The position numbers and the translations under genes were made by a program. Below the pieces are notes generated by a model. It was not told the origin of the DNA and searched no databases. It worked only from the letters and a program-made list of their open reading frames with translations. From IMG/VR virus record IMGVR_UViG_2786546887_000004: DNA of 56,694 bases; one strand, written 5' to 3'. Shown here piece by piece: positions 9,469 through 18,949 of this stretch (the first letter of the stretch is position 1; each line of letters starts with the position of its first letter). The stretch is from an uncultured virus (IMG/VR IMGVR_UViG_2786546887_000004). Lineage: Duplodnaviria; Heunggongvirae; Uroviricota; Caudoviricetes.

Positions 9469-11032
9469 AATGTTTGTAGTAATCGTTTGTTTTAACACAA
9501 TTCTTTTGTGCGTAATTAAAAAACTCTAAAGCGTGTTTCGTTTGATGTTTTGAGCTTTCATATAAGTTATATTCTTTTAACTCTCTTTTAACCATATCTC
9601 TATCAAGTATATTCATACCTTGACTTATATTTAACCATAGATTATCATCTATGTGATAAAAATCGTTTCTGTTTCCTCTAGCAAAATCTACTAGTCTTGG
9701 AGTTCTAGTTTGCCACATCGCTAATTTTTCCATCAATTGTGGTGACCATCTTTTGTGTGATGAGGCTTCTTTCCAATATTCAGTATCATTTCTAGGAGTA
9801 ATATAGTGATAAACTATAAAATCTTTTATTGCATCCCACATATTAGTCATATCGTCATTATAAGAAGTTTGTAGTGCCTCATTATTAAAGTCTGTTGTTT
9901 CTGTAAAATAATATTGAATCCAATGTTTTAATTGAAATAAGGTAGCATGAATAGATGTTGCCTCTAATGGTTCTATAAATGCACTTGATAATCCTGTTGA
10001 TATAACATTTTTTATCCATAACTTTGTAAATCTACCAGAGTGAAATTTAATATCTTTTTGTACTTCTATTTTTGTCTTTAATACTTTTTCTATTTCTAAC
10101 TTTGCTTCATCAGCAGTGGTAAATGAATCATTAAAACAATACCCAGCACCATATCTTTCTTGTAAAGGTATCATCCATAACCAACCATATTTTTGCGCCC
10201 ATGCGTGTGTATAGTTTCTAATAATAGTTTTATCTGTATAAGGTAAATGAAACGCAAGTGCTCTATTATTTAATAATTGATCGTCATATCTCTTAAAGTA
10301 GTTGTTGTATGACTTTAGTAATATTCTTTTAAAGCCTGAACAATCAACAAATAAATCTCCTGATATAGGTTTATCATGTCCTCTTTTTTTACACCATACA
10401 GACTTAATTGTTTCATCTTCGTTTTTCTCATACCCTAAAACTTCATCATCAATATATTCTATATTGTGTTTACTTAACACAAATTTTTTTAAAAATTTTC
10501 CTGTCTTGTAAGTATCTAAATGAAGNGCTGTGTTGTTTTTTCTTAAATCTTTATAACCACCATAACCCATTAATTTTTTATAAGGATTATTAGCTGGGTG
10601 GTCTGCTCTTACAAATGGTAGTTTATTATGTTTCATACAGAAACCTTGTAAACTAGAATTTTTTAAATTCTCAGCAACAGCGTACATCTTCATTGCGTCA
10701 TAGTCATCACTTGGATATGAGTTAGGTGTATTTAAAAACTCACCTATAGGTGAATTAAAATGTTCACCTTTTTTATACCAATCTCTATGTTGAATACCTA
10801 TCTTATGTGTTGCACCTGTTTCTTTCATAAACACACCTTCAGGTATGCCTACTTGTTTTAGAAAGTGATTAAATAAACCAGTAGTACTTTCACCCACACC
10901 AATAATAGGTATCTCTTCCGAGGCAATAACCGTGATCTTAATATAAGGTGGTGTTGTATCTCTTAAATAACAAGCCGCTGTCCAACCTGCTGTACCACCA
11001 CCAACTATTACTATGTTTTTAATTTTTTTCAT
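9455..11032 (-). CDS. Flavin-dependent (tryptophan-type, PrnA-like) halogenase
   Basis: GGGTAGW, GVGEST, ATHK, GWLWMIP, FIEPLEAT. Confidence 0.92.
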   Translation of the reverse strand: MKKIKNIVIVGGGTAGWTAACYLRDTTPPYIKITVIASEEIPIIGVGESTTGLFNHFLKQVGIPEGVFMKETGATHKIGIQHRDWYKKGEHFNSPIGEFLNTPNSYPSDDYDAMKMYAVAENLKNSSLQGFCMKHNKLPFVRADHPANNPYKKLMGYGGYKDLRKNNTXLHLDTYKTGKFLKKFVLSKHNIEYIDDEVLGYEKNEDETIKSVWCKKRGHDKPISGDLFVDCSGFKRILLKSYNNYFKRYDDQLLNNRALAFHLPYTDKTIIRNYTHAWAQKYGWLWMIPLQERYGAGYCFNDSFTTADEAKLEIEKVLKTKIEVQKDIKFHSGRFTKLWIKNVISTGLSSAFIEPLEATSIHATLFQLKHWIQYYFTETTDFNNEALQTSYNDDMTNMWDAIKDFIVYHYITPRNDTEYWKEASSHKRWSPQLMEKLAMWQTRTPRLVDFARGNRNDFYHIDDNLWLNISQGMNILDRDMVKRELKEYNLYESSKHQTKHALEFFNYAQKNCVKTNDYYKHYVGQ

Positions 11033-11582
11033 CTATGACAATTTCTAAAGGCGTTTTCTTTGTTCTTTTTCTTTTTCTAACTTTAATCTCTTTCTTTTTA
11101 GGAAGTTCATCTGTCTTAGGACTATTCTTTCTTAAAAATTCTATAAACTGATTCTTATAATCTTTGTTTGTGTCATTAGGGTCAATATGTAAATCTGCTA
11201 AATTAGCGTCTTCAATAAGTTTTGCTTTTATATTTACTTGTTTCTTTTCTTTTTGTATTCTTCTAATAAAAGCATAATATATTATCTGCGTAAAATATGC
11301 AAATGGGTTTTTAGATTTCTTTGGATTAAAATTACTTAAATATTGTAAGCAGTTCTCTATACCATCACTAATCATATCATCTCTAAATGTGTAATTAATA
11401 AAGTTAGGTCTATACGACAAGTGATTTGCGATTTTTAAAAAACACTCACCAATGTAATTAGTCACAGGTGGTTTTTTTCTTCCTCTTTTTTCTGCCTTGT
11501 CGCAACGCTCTTTAAATTCTGTCATTGCTTGTAGAAACACTTTGTTATCTACATAGTGTTCACTTCTTTTTCTTTTAGTCAT
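11019..11582 (-). CDS. gp55: Late-transcription sigma factor gp55
   Basis: HYVDNK, YIGECFLKIANHLSYRPNFINY, DGIENCLQY, NPFAYFTQI. Start at MTKRKRS (11582). Confidence 0.97.
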   Translation of the reverse strand: MTKRKRSEHYVDNKVFLQAMTEFKERCDKAEKRGRKKPPVTNYIGECFLKIANHLSYRPNFINYTFRDDMISDGIENCLQYLSNFNPKKSKNPFAYFTQIIYYAFIRRIQKEKKQVNIKAKLIEDANLADLHIDPNDTNKDYKNQFIEFLRKNSPKTDELPKKKEIKVRKRKRTKKTPLEIVIDEKN

Positions 11583-11588
11583 ATTATT

Positions 11589-11617
11589 ATTATACAACAA
11601 TGGTTGTATTATGTCAA
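11589..11617 (-). promoter_or_regulatory. Consensus sigma70 promoter of gp55 (leaderless geometry)
   Basis: TTGACA-N17-TATAAT, then 6 nt, then ATG. Confidence 0.85.
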
Positions 11618-12267
11618 CTCCCTCTAATAGTTGGTAAAGGATATTTTATGTTTTTATCCTTTATGGTTATCTCGTCAAAAAATGTGATTAATGTAAGTCT
11701 GTCCTCAAGTCCTTTGTGTACATGAGCATTGTGATAATTGTGACCATCAAAACATATCATTCTATTATATCTGCCTTTATAAGATATAGTTTCGTTGTAG
11801 TCACTTACCCAACTTTCTCTTGTTTTGTGATATTCTTCTTTTTGTTCTTTTGAAAAACTATTAGGATTCTTAAAAAACTCTCGTTTTATACTATCATCAC
11901 CAGGTGTATAAAAAGAATCTTTTGGTTCATATATTGATGTACCTGCGTCTGACTCTGATAGAAATATAATTGCTGTTAGTATTGATCTTTTGTCTGTATG
12001 CACCCAACCATCATAATCTATACCTGCAGGTATTTTTTGAAATACTGAATATGATTTGTATTGTATTGTTTCTGATTCATTTGGATATAAAGAAGATAAA
12101 ATCTTTACATTTACATGATTATACAAGTTATAATTAACTTTGTGTAAAGGTTCTGATCTTTTACCAGGTGATACACCGTCATTAGTATATTCACACGATT
12201 CAGCAACTTTAATCACTGCTTGTGGATTGTTTAAAAAATTATCTATACAAGTATTCGCAAATAACAT
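11614..12267 (-). CDS. Putative Fe(II)/2OG oxygenase (DUF6445-like)
   Basis: GWVHTD...AIIFL...GTSIY...YNRMICFDGHNYH...RLTLITF. Confidence 0.8.
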   Translation of the reverse strand: MLFANTCIDNFLNNPQAVIKVAESCEYTNDGVSPGKRSEPLHKVNYNLYNHVNVKILSSLYPNESETIQYKSYSVFQKIPAGIDYDGWVHTDKRSILTAIIFLSESDAGTSIYEPKDSFYTPGDDSIKREFFKNPNSFSKEQKEEYHKTRESWVSDYNETISYKGRYNRMICFDGHNYHNAHVHKGLEDRLTLITFFDEITIKDKNIKYPLPTIRGS

Positions 12268-12488
12268 TATTTCTTTTTCATTGTAAAAAGTTTATCTAAA
12301 AAGTAATACCATACACCGTTTATACTAGGTTCTATTAATGCAACTAGTCCTGCCTCAAATAGGCTTGCGCCTGTTAATGTAGAAACAACAGANATTGCAA
12401 TGATTATGTGGCCTATTGTATATANTAAGGCTCTACCTATACTAGTGTTTGCTATAAGTTTAAATATACCTTGTCTAAATTCACTCAT
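12267..12488 (-). CDS. Small membrane protein (DUF2061-like)
   Basis: Two hydrophobic segments; YTIGHIIIA...EPSINGVWYYFLD; RBS GAGGA before MSEFRQ. Confidence 0.7.
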   Translation of the reverse strand: MSEFRQGIFKLIANTSIGRALXYTIGHIIIAXSVVSTLTGASLFEAGLVALIEPSINGVWYYFLDKLFTMKKK

Positions 12489-12502
12489 AATATCCTCACT
12501 AC

Positions 12503-12531
12503 TTGACAATTTTTGTTTTTAGGTGTATAAT
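12503..12531 (+). promoter_or_regulatory. Perfect sigma70 promoter, antisense to neighbouring genes
   Basis: TTGACA (12503-12508) N17 TATAAT (12526-12531), intergenic, with no convincing plus-strand CDS downstream. Confidence 0.75.
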
Positions 12532-12566
12532 ACCCATGTGGGTGCTTCACCAGAAAACTTAGCTAC

Positions 12567-13025
12567 CTAATGCAACTTCTTACTAGGCATTCTTATCTTT
12601 TCAGCNAATTCTTTTAACTTCTTCTTTGTTTCTTCAGCATCGTCCAATTCATCAAGCATTTGATCATAGTCGTCCTCTGACAAATCTCTTTCAATATAGT
12701 CAGGTAATTTTTGTGGTACTTTGTACGCTAAAAGTTTTTTATAACGATTCGTAAATGGTTCACTAGCATTACAGATTGTTAGTATCTTATCTTTTGGTAT
12801 TGTCACTATTTTATCATCTGTAAAACCAACCCATTTAACAAGGGCGATGTAATCGGATACACCCATTTGCCCTATGTGTGGCACATACTTAATTAACATT
12901 GGTTCATCTAACCTCAATAAGTTAGACTTCTTTGTTAATTGGCTTTTTGATAATGTACAACAAATCTCTTCACCTGAAACCAATTTTATTATTTTAGCAT
13001 TTTTAGTGTCTAGTTGTTCGTGCAT
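12567..13025 (-). CDS. Conserved T4-like protein between uvsW and gp55 (Sm-like fold suspected)
   Basis: IIKLVSGEEI...P...W motif, C-terminal KLH, and synteny. Confidence 0.7.
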   Translation of the reverse strand: MHEQLDTKNAKIIKLVSGEEICCTLSKSQLTKKSNLLRLDEPMLIKYVPHIGQMGVSDYIALVKWVGFTDDKIVTIPKDKILTICNASEPFTNRYKKLLAYKVPQKLPDYIERDLSEDDYDQMLDELDDAEETKKKLKEXAEKIRMPSKKLH

Positions 13026-14536
13026 TATGCTTTTAGGTTTACATTGTGTATTTCGTATGCAAACCCCTCCTCGTTGTAAATATTTATTCTTTCCTGAAAG
13101 TGTCCTAGCGTATAATTCTTTTTATCTCGGTGCGTCAAATCATCAGCAATATCATATAAGGTAGCCTGTGATTTATTCTCACCCATTCTTAAACCTCTAC
13201 CAATACTCTGCAAGTTTCTAATACGAGATTTACTAGGACTTGCGAAAACTAAATTATGTAAATTTCTTATATTGATACCTGTACTAAATGTACCATAACT
13301 TGCAACAATAATAGCGTTATCAGATTTTTCNGTAATTTCTCTAACCTTTTCTCTTTGTTCAGCGTCAACACCACCATATACAAAGAAAACTTGTTTGTCA
13401 TCACCTGCTTTTTCTTTTATCATTTTATATAATTCTTTACCATGTTTTTCTACTAACTGAAATAACACTAAACTATTACCTTGTAAATCTAAGGTTAAAT
13501 TTCTAATAAACTTATTTCTAGTTTCATCTGTAACCAAGTATTCTAATTCTTCATGGTACTTTGAACCAGATAATCTTTTAGCAGTACCATCTAGGTATTT
13601 TAAAATTAAACAATATACTTTTAGATTAGCAAGTTGTTTTTTCTCTATAAGTTTTTTTGTTTTTGCTACTTGCATTACAGACCCAAACAATCCTTGTAAA
13701 ACTAATTTGTGTGTTTTACTATCATCTAAAGTACCTGTCATACCAATACGCCAAGGACAATCTACAAGTTTTGTCATTATTTTAGTTAATGATACTGCCT
13801 TGAANAAGTGTGCTTCATCACCTATTACAGCACCAAACTGAGCAAAAAATTCTTTAGGTAGTTTATATAAAGATTGCCAAGTAGATATTAACACAGGTTT
13901 ACTTTCATCTATTTCATAACCATGATATTTTCTAGTAATTACATTATCTACATCACAACCATAATCNTTGAAATCTTTATACAACTGCTCTACTAGTGAG
14001 GTTGTAGGTACTATGATTAATATTTTTTTACCTTCAGGTAATACATCACCCTCACCTTTTTTACCTAGGTTACCTTTCATCATAAAATACTTAACCAACA
14101 TATATGAAATAAGAGATTTACCAGAGGCAGTAGGCGATAGNAATAAACATCTTTTTCTATCTAATGAATATTTAAATGCACTTGTTTGATAATCTCTAGG
14201 TGTAATTGATAAATTAAATTCTTCAAATATACGTTCCACATCCTCTTTGGTAAACATTTCTGGTTTGTAATATAGGTCGTCTGGTCTATCTACTTCTATA
14301 TTATTCTTTGTGCAATAATCAATTAAATAATCTAATAGACCTACATAGATTTGTCCTGTGGCATAAGAATATAATCTTATCTTGCCATCCCAAACTCTAT
14401 TTCTATATTGTGGAGTAAACTTATATCCAGGTACTTCAAAAGAAAAATAATCTGATAAATCTCTTCTAATATTAGCGTCAGCCTCTATTTTGAGATATAC
14501 ATCATTAACTTTTCTTATCTTTAGAGTCGCTGCCAT
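13025..14536 (-). CDS. uvsW: RNA-DNA/DNA-DNA helicase UvsW
   Basis: WDGKIRL, PTASGKS, GDEAH, GTFSTGINI, QSIGRGLR. Confidence 0.97.
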   Translation of the reverse strand: MAATLKIRKVNDVYLKIEADANIRRDLSDYFSFEVPGYKFTPQYRNRVWDGKIRLYSYATGQIYVGLLDYLIDYCTKNNIEVDRPDDLYYKPEMFTKEDVERIFEEFNLSITPRDYQTSAFKYSLDRKRCLXLSPTASGKSLISYMLVKYFMMKGNLGKKGEGDVLPEGKKILIIVPTTSLVEQLYKDFXDYGCDVDNVITRKYHGYEIDESKPVLISTWQSLYKLPKEFFAQFGAVIGDEAHXFKAVSLTKIMTKLVDCPWRIGMTGTLDDSKTHKLVLQGLFGSVMQVAKTKKLIEKKQLANLKVYCLILKYLDGTAKRLSGSKYHEELEYLVTDETRNKFIRNLTLDLQGNSLVLFQLVEKHGKELYKMIKEKAGDDKQVFFVYGGVDAEQREKVREIXEKSDNAIIVASYGTFSTGINIRNLHNLVFASPSKSRIRNLQSIGRGLRMGENKSQATLYDIADDLTHRDKKNYTLGHFQERINIYNEEGFAYEIHNVNLKA

Positions 14537-15341
14537 TTAAAACATCCTTATATTCTTCACCATTAGGTCCATACTTTCTATGACCATAATCTTCAGGATT
14601 AATATCTTCTTTCTTTAATCTACCGTCAATTATGTCATCATGTATTGCCTTTACCTTTTTTCTCTTTTCGATATTTACAAAATCACCTGGCAGAGCGACA
14701 AAAGGCCTAGTATCATATTTTGTTATTTCGCCATACGGGCCTTCTAAATTATTATAATGTAAAAATACTTGGCAGTGATTTCTGCCTTCAAATGGTTCTC
14801 TCCAGTGATCTATTAATGCACCTTTGTAAATAATCATATCACCTGGTTCCATATGTACAGGTTTACCAGGTAAACCTTTATATGAACCAGTCTCTTCTAC
14901 AAACATCGGCCAATTGTATTTTTTATCTTTCATGTTTGATATATCGTAACCTAGACATAATGTTGTTGATATTTCACAACTAGGTCTGTCTTTATGTCTG
15001 CGTAATATATCGCCGTTTTTGTATAATCTCCAATAACTATAAGTTGGTTGTAGTTTCATACCTGAGTTTTCTTCCATGCCTTTTTGAGCATATAACAATA
15101 GGGCATCCATTACTGGATCACCATATCGTTTAAAAGTATTAGGTACTTGTTGATCGCCAAATGCGCCATGCAACTCTTCATTGTATCTAGGAAACTTTGT
15201 TTGTACCATTACATCAGCTGCAAGAACATATGTCTTGCCATAATGATATAAGAAGTCAGCAAGATTCCTAGGAAGAAACCCTTTTATCAATAGATAATTA
15301 TGTTTCTTAAAAAATTCTATATTTTCTTTTTGTGTTTTCAT
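14505..15341 (-). CDS. Fe(II)/2OG oxygenase
   Basis: PTYSYWRLY...RHKDRPSCEISTTL...HWRE...QVFLHY. Confidence 0.85.
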   Translation of the reverse strand: MKTQKENIEFFKKHNYLLIKGFLPRNLADFLYHYGKTYVLAADVMVQTKFPRYNEELHGAFGDQQVPNTFKRYGDPVMDALLLYAQKGMEENSGMKLQPTYSYWRLYKNGDILRRHKDRPSCEISTTLCLGYDISNMKDKKYNWPMFVEETGSYKGLPGKPVHMEPGDMIIYKGALIDHWREPFEGRNHCQVFLHYNNLEGPYGEITKYDTRPFVALPGDFVNIEKRKKVKAIHDDIIDGRLKKEDINPEDYGHRKYGPNGEEYKDVLNGSDSKDKKS

Positions 15342-15356
15342 ATAACTATTTATGGA

Positions 15357-16115
15357 TTATTTAAATGGGGGTCCTAGTGTCCACAATACTAATGAATATC
15401 TAGTACCTTTAGTGACAGGCGTAACCTGGTGCATTAAAAAACTAGGAAATACAATAATACTTCCTTGTTCTCTTGCCTCTTTTATTGTATGATACCTTTT
15501 AGCAGTATGAGTACCAAAGTCAAATTTTAGATCACCACCTTTATAATTTGCCTTATCTGTTAAGTTAATAGTCACTGATATTTTTCTATTCAACCCAACC
15601 ATGAAGTCATTATCAGTTAGACCTTCAGTAAACTTACCATGTTTATTTTTTTTATTGACACCTGGTATTGCTTTCTTATAACTACCGAAGTGATCTGATC
15701 TACCATCAGAGTGCCAACCATAGAAACCACCTGGTTTATAAACCGTAAACTGAAACATCTCACTATCTTTTATATCAAAGTTCCAACCTGCCTCTTTGTT
15801 TGCTGTATGTACTTGGGGTAAAATAAGATCGTATATCCATTTATCGTTTAACCATGATGTATAACTATCTCTTACGTATGTGGTATTTAAGTTAATACCT
15901 TTTTTCTTTGCAGCCTGTTCAGACATACTGCCCATTGCAGTTGTTAATTTTTCGTCTGTTCCTTTTTCTTTGCTACCATATGTCGTTGCAACAATACTCT
16001 TAGGATCATTTTGTTTTTGTACATTCATGGTTGTTAAACCATGTTGTATTATTCTCTGACAATTTTCTTTAGAGATAGCACCTGGAAATGTGTAGTAGTT
16101 GTGTCTTAAAATCAT
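15357..16115 (-). CDS. PKHD/prolyl-4-hydroxylase-type Fe(II)/2OG oxygenase
   Basis: QFTVY...WHSD...RKISVT...GGDL...FPSFLMHQVTPVTKGTRYSLVLW. Confidence 0.9.
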   Translation of the reverse strand: MILRHNYYTFPGAISKENCQRIIQHGLTTMNVQKQNDPKSIVATTYGSKEKGTDEKLTTAMGSMSEQAAKKKGINLNTTYVRDSYTSWLNDKWIYDLILPQVHTANKEAGWNFDIKDSEMFQFTVYKPGGFYGWHSDGRSDHFGSYKKAIPGVNKKNKHGKFTEGLTDNDFMVGLNRKISVTINLTDKANYKGGDLKFDFGTHTAKRYHTIKEAREQGSIIVFPSFLMHQVTPVTKGTRYSLVLWTLGPPFK

Positions 16116-16543
16116 TAAATAACTCCACTAGTAAACTTACGCCACTCAATTGCATTTTTAATTTGAAATGTTCTATTAGTTATAATACGAATAGTTTTAT
16201 CCAAATAATCTACAATACTTTGTATATAAGTTACCTTTTGGTCAATTCTAATTATATCCTCATCTGACTTTAAATATTTATCTACATCTTGTTTTAGTAT
16301 TTTAAGATTGAATGGTTTTACTTGATAAACAGATGGTGCAGATTTGCCTGTATAGTATTCCCATTTTTCTCTAACTAATCTATCTCTTTCATTTTCAGTT
16401 TTCTTTAAAAGATTAATAAATTTAGTATGAAATTTTGAATACTTGTTATGTAATTGTGGTATTTTTAATGACTCTAAATCTAATTCAGTATCATTAATTT
16501 TTAAGTCTTTATCAGCTAATTCTTGTAATTCTTCTAATGTCAT
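16115..16543 (-). CDS. uvsY: Recombination mediator UvsY
   Basis: WEYYTGK...RTFQIKNAIEWRKF; synteny with uvsW and gp3. Confidence 0.95.
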   Translation of the reverse strand: MTLEELQELADKDLKINDTELDLESLKIPQLHNKYSKFHTKFINLLKKTENERDRLVREKWEYYTGKSAPSVYQVKPFNLKILKQDVDKYLKSDEDIIRIDQKVTYIQSIVDYLDKTIRIITNRTFQIKNAIEWRKFTSGVI

Positions 16544-16575
16544 ATCACTCCAGTTCTTTTATAATCTCATTATAT

Positions 16576-16604
16576 ATTATAACACCTTTTCTTTAAAAAG
16601 TCAA
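16576..16604 (-). promoter_or_regulatory. sigma70 promoter of uvsY operon
   Basis: TTGACT-N17-TATAAT with extended TGn; RBS GGAG before the ATG. Confidence 0.8.
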
Positions 16605-16606
16605 GG

Positions 16607-17233
16607 TTATGTAGTAGTTTCTACGGTTGTGCTTGATGACACACCTGCAAATTCGTATATCTTATATGCGAAACTGACCGTAGCGCTTAAATATTGTATA
16701 TCTGTTTCTTGTTGATTGTAATCTAATCCTGATAATGATATAGGGTATAAATCTCTAAATCTAACTTCGAGGTTCTTCGTATTTTTACTAGTTAGGACTG
16801 ACAAGGTTGCGTCAGAATAGAGGCCTCCGTCATCTTGTACTGCTTTAGACACTTTTCCTAATTCTTTACTTATACCGACATTTGAGGTAGTAGGAAATCT
16901 ATCACTACCTGCGTTTTGTAAATTTCTAAATTGTAAGTGATCTTTAGGAAAACCTAGACCTGTTAACCAACCATGTATTTCTCTGTAATTCTCTAAATTC
17001 TCATCTACTAAAAATGATATTGTAAGATTGTCNTAATCTAGTTTATCACCAGGTAATGGTACATCTTTAAGAGGTGTAGGTTGATTTGCTTGNCCTAGTG
17101 AGATACTAGGTATATTTGCAGCCGTACAAAAATACTCTACTTTAGGTAGTTTAATTATACTAAACTTAAACTTTGTAGGTTCAGCATAATCTAATTTGTC
17201 TGGTTGTCTATTGTACGAGTCTAAAATAGTCAT
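16607..17233 (-). CDS. gp3: Tail tube terminator/sheath stabilizer gp3
   Basis: FKFSIIKLPKVEYFC...FLVDENLENYREIHGW; position downstream of gp23. Confidence 0.9.
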   Translation of the reverse strand: MTILDSYNRQPDKLDYAEPTKFKFSIIKLPKVEYFCTAANIPSISLXQANQPTPLKDVPLPGDKLDXDNLTISFLVDENLENYREIHGWLTGLGFPKDHLQFRNLQNAGSDRFPTTSNVGISKELGKVSKAVQDDGGLYSDATLSVLTSKNTKNLEVRFRDLYPISLSGLDYNQQETDIQYLSATVSFAYKIYEFAGVSSSTTVETTT

Positions 17234-17237
17234 ACTA

Positions 17238-17468
17238 CTATTTATCTGTTTGTTTATCTACTTCTTCCCACTCTTTTGTTTGGGATTCTGTCTCTAACTT
17301 CTTCTCGTTTTCAGTTAAAACACTCTCTTTTTGAGCTGCTTCGTCAAGTCTTTTCTCTACATTTTCCAATGCGTTAGGTTTTTGTAGATAATTAAGACCA
17401 TATGCTAATAGTCCTATGAAAGAACCTATTAATATGATACCTGTAATTGCTTTTATGATTGTTTTCAT
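17238..17468 (-). CDS. Small membrane-anchored hypothetical protein
   Basis: MKTIIKAITGIILIGSFIGLLAYG TM segment plus a charged tail; late promoter variant 5 nt upstream. Confidence 0.65.
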   Translation of the reverse strand: MKTIIKAITGIILIGSFIGLLAYGLNYLQKPNALENVEKRLDEAAQKESVLTENEKKLETESQTKEWEEVDKQTDK

Positions 17469-17486
17469 ACTTTTATTTATGCGCTT

Positions 17487-17515
17487 AAAAAAGGGCGACA
17501 CTAGGCCGCCCTTTT
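17487..17515 (-). terminator. Rho-independent terminator after gp23
   Basis: Minus strand GGGCGGC-CTAGT-GTCGCCC-TTTTTT. Confidence 0.85.
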
Positions 17516-17538
17516 AAATTTCTTACGAAAAAGTAAGA

Positions 17539-18915
17539 TTACATTATGTTTGTAACCTGTACTCTTCTGTAATATCTGTTTGCGTTGATATTTCCAACAC
17601 CATCAGCAGTGATTGAATCACCACTTCCAGCACCAGCAAATGGGTTCGCAACTAAACCGTATCTAGTTTTGAATCCAATTTTTGGTTGGAAAGTGTCTTG
17701 TCCAACTGCTCTTACCATTTGTAGAGGTACATACGGACAATAGAATAATCCAGCGTCGTATGGTGAAGTACCTTTGTAACCAACAACATAGTATTGTTTA
17801 CTAGGTGAAGCATTTGACGCAAGGTTTGACGCATAAGGGTCAATGTANACTTTGTATCTGCCGTTTAATACGCCAGCAAAAGTATTACCTGTGTCATCTA
17901 CATTTAGGTTGTTATTAAGAGCAGGTGTGTAATCTAAAACACCAGCCATTTGAAGCGCAGAGGCAACATCTGAAGAACAGATAATTATGTTACCTTTTCC
18001 TCTTCTTGTTCTCTGTGCGATTGTGTTTGCGTCTCTCTCAACTTGGAACATTAGACCTTTGAATCTCTCAACTGACCATCTACCATTTGAGTCAGTATCT
18101 AAATCAAAGATACCAGCCGATGTAGTATTGATAGCCGCGTTTGAGTTATCGTTGTCAGCAGCACCAGCTTCAGCAGTTCNGTAAATTGTTCTTACTACTT
18201 CTCTGTTGATTTCCGCAAGGATCTCAGCAGATAAGATGTTTGACAATTCTGTCTCTGCGTCTAATCCGTGTATTGCTTTAAGGTCTTGTGCTAATTCCAT
18301 AGTGTACTCTGCTTTAAGAGCTCTAGATTTAGCAGTCACCGTTGATTTCTCAATTGAGAATGCCATTTCAGCAAACTGATTACCAGAGTCTTCCCCTAGT
18401 TTTTCAGCAGCTGCTGTTGTCATACCTGTACCAGTTGTGTAACCAGTAGAAGTACCGATAGAGTCGTTAAGCACAGCAGGGTTTTCACCCGCATGAGCNG
18501 TTGATGAATATCCATCCACAGATGATCCAGCAGCATTTCTGCCTGAAAAATCTGTATCTGCTTCGTCAAAAAGAGCTTCAGTACCGCCTTGCGTTGAGAA
18601 TCTACTTCTCATTGCAAAGATCAAGCCTGTAGGACCTGACATAGGTTGAACGCCTGCAATATCGTAAGCGATAAGGTTAGGCATTGCTCTTCTTACTAAA
18701 GAGATAAGGATAGGATTCCAGTTTTGAATAGAAGAACCAGTTGCGTTAGCAGGTGCAGCTTCCGATAAGAAAGCAGCGTCTTCTTTTAACGACTTCTCTT
18801 GGTTTTCTAGTATTACAGATGTGACCGCTCTTTTGTANGAATCCTCGATTTTTGGTAAATCAGGATGATCCAAAACAGGCTGCCATTTCTGTTGTACGTG
18901 TTCTGATAAAAACAT
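17539..18915 (-). CDS. gp23: Major capsid protein gp23
   Basis: LISLVRRAMPNLIAYD, GVQPMSGPTGLIFAMR, KSRALKAEY, FQPKIGFKTRYG. Confidence 0.99.
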   Translation of the reverse strand: MFLSEHVQQKWQPVLDHPDLPKIEDXYKRAVTSVILENQEKSLKEDAAFLSEAAPANATGSSIQNWNPILISLVRRAMPNLIAYDIAGVQPMSGPTGLIFAMRSRFSTQGGTEALFDEADTDFSGRNAAGSSVDGYSSXAHAGENPAVLNDSIGTSTGYTTGTGMTTAAAEKLGEDSGNQFAEMAFSIEKSTVTAKSRALKAEYTMELAQDLKAIHGLDAETELSNILSAEILAEINREVVRTIYXTAEAGAADNDNSNAAINTTSAGIFDLDTDSNGRWSVERFKGLMFQVERDANTIAQRTRRGKGNIIICSSDVASALQMAGVLDYTPALNNNLNVDDTGNTFAGVLNGRYKXYIDPYASNLASNASPSKQYYVVGYKGTSPYDAGLFYCPYVPLQMVRAVGQDTFQPKIGFKTRYGLVANPFAGAGSGDSITADGVGNINANRYYRRVQVTNIM

Positions 18916-18949
18916 TGTTCTATCTCTCCTTATTAAAGTTAATTAACTT

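Noticed and set aside
12536..12562. 8-codon ORF MWVLHQKT after the antisense promoter
   Set aside because: The ATG is only 4 nt from the -10 box, so it probably lies upstream of the TSS.
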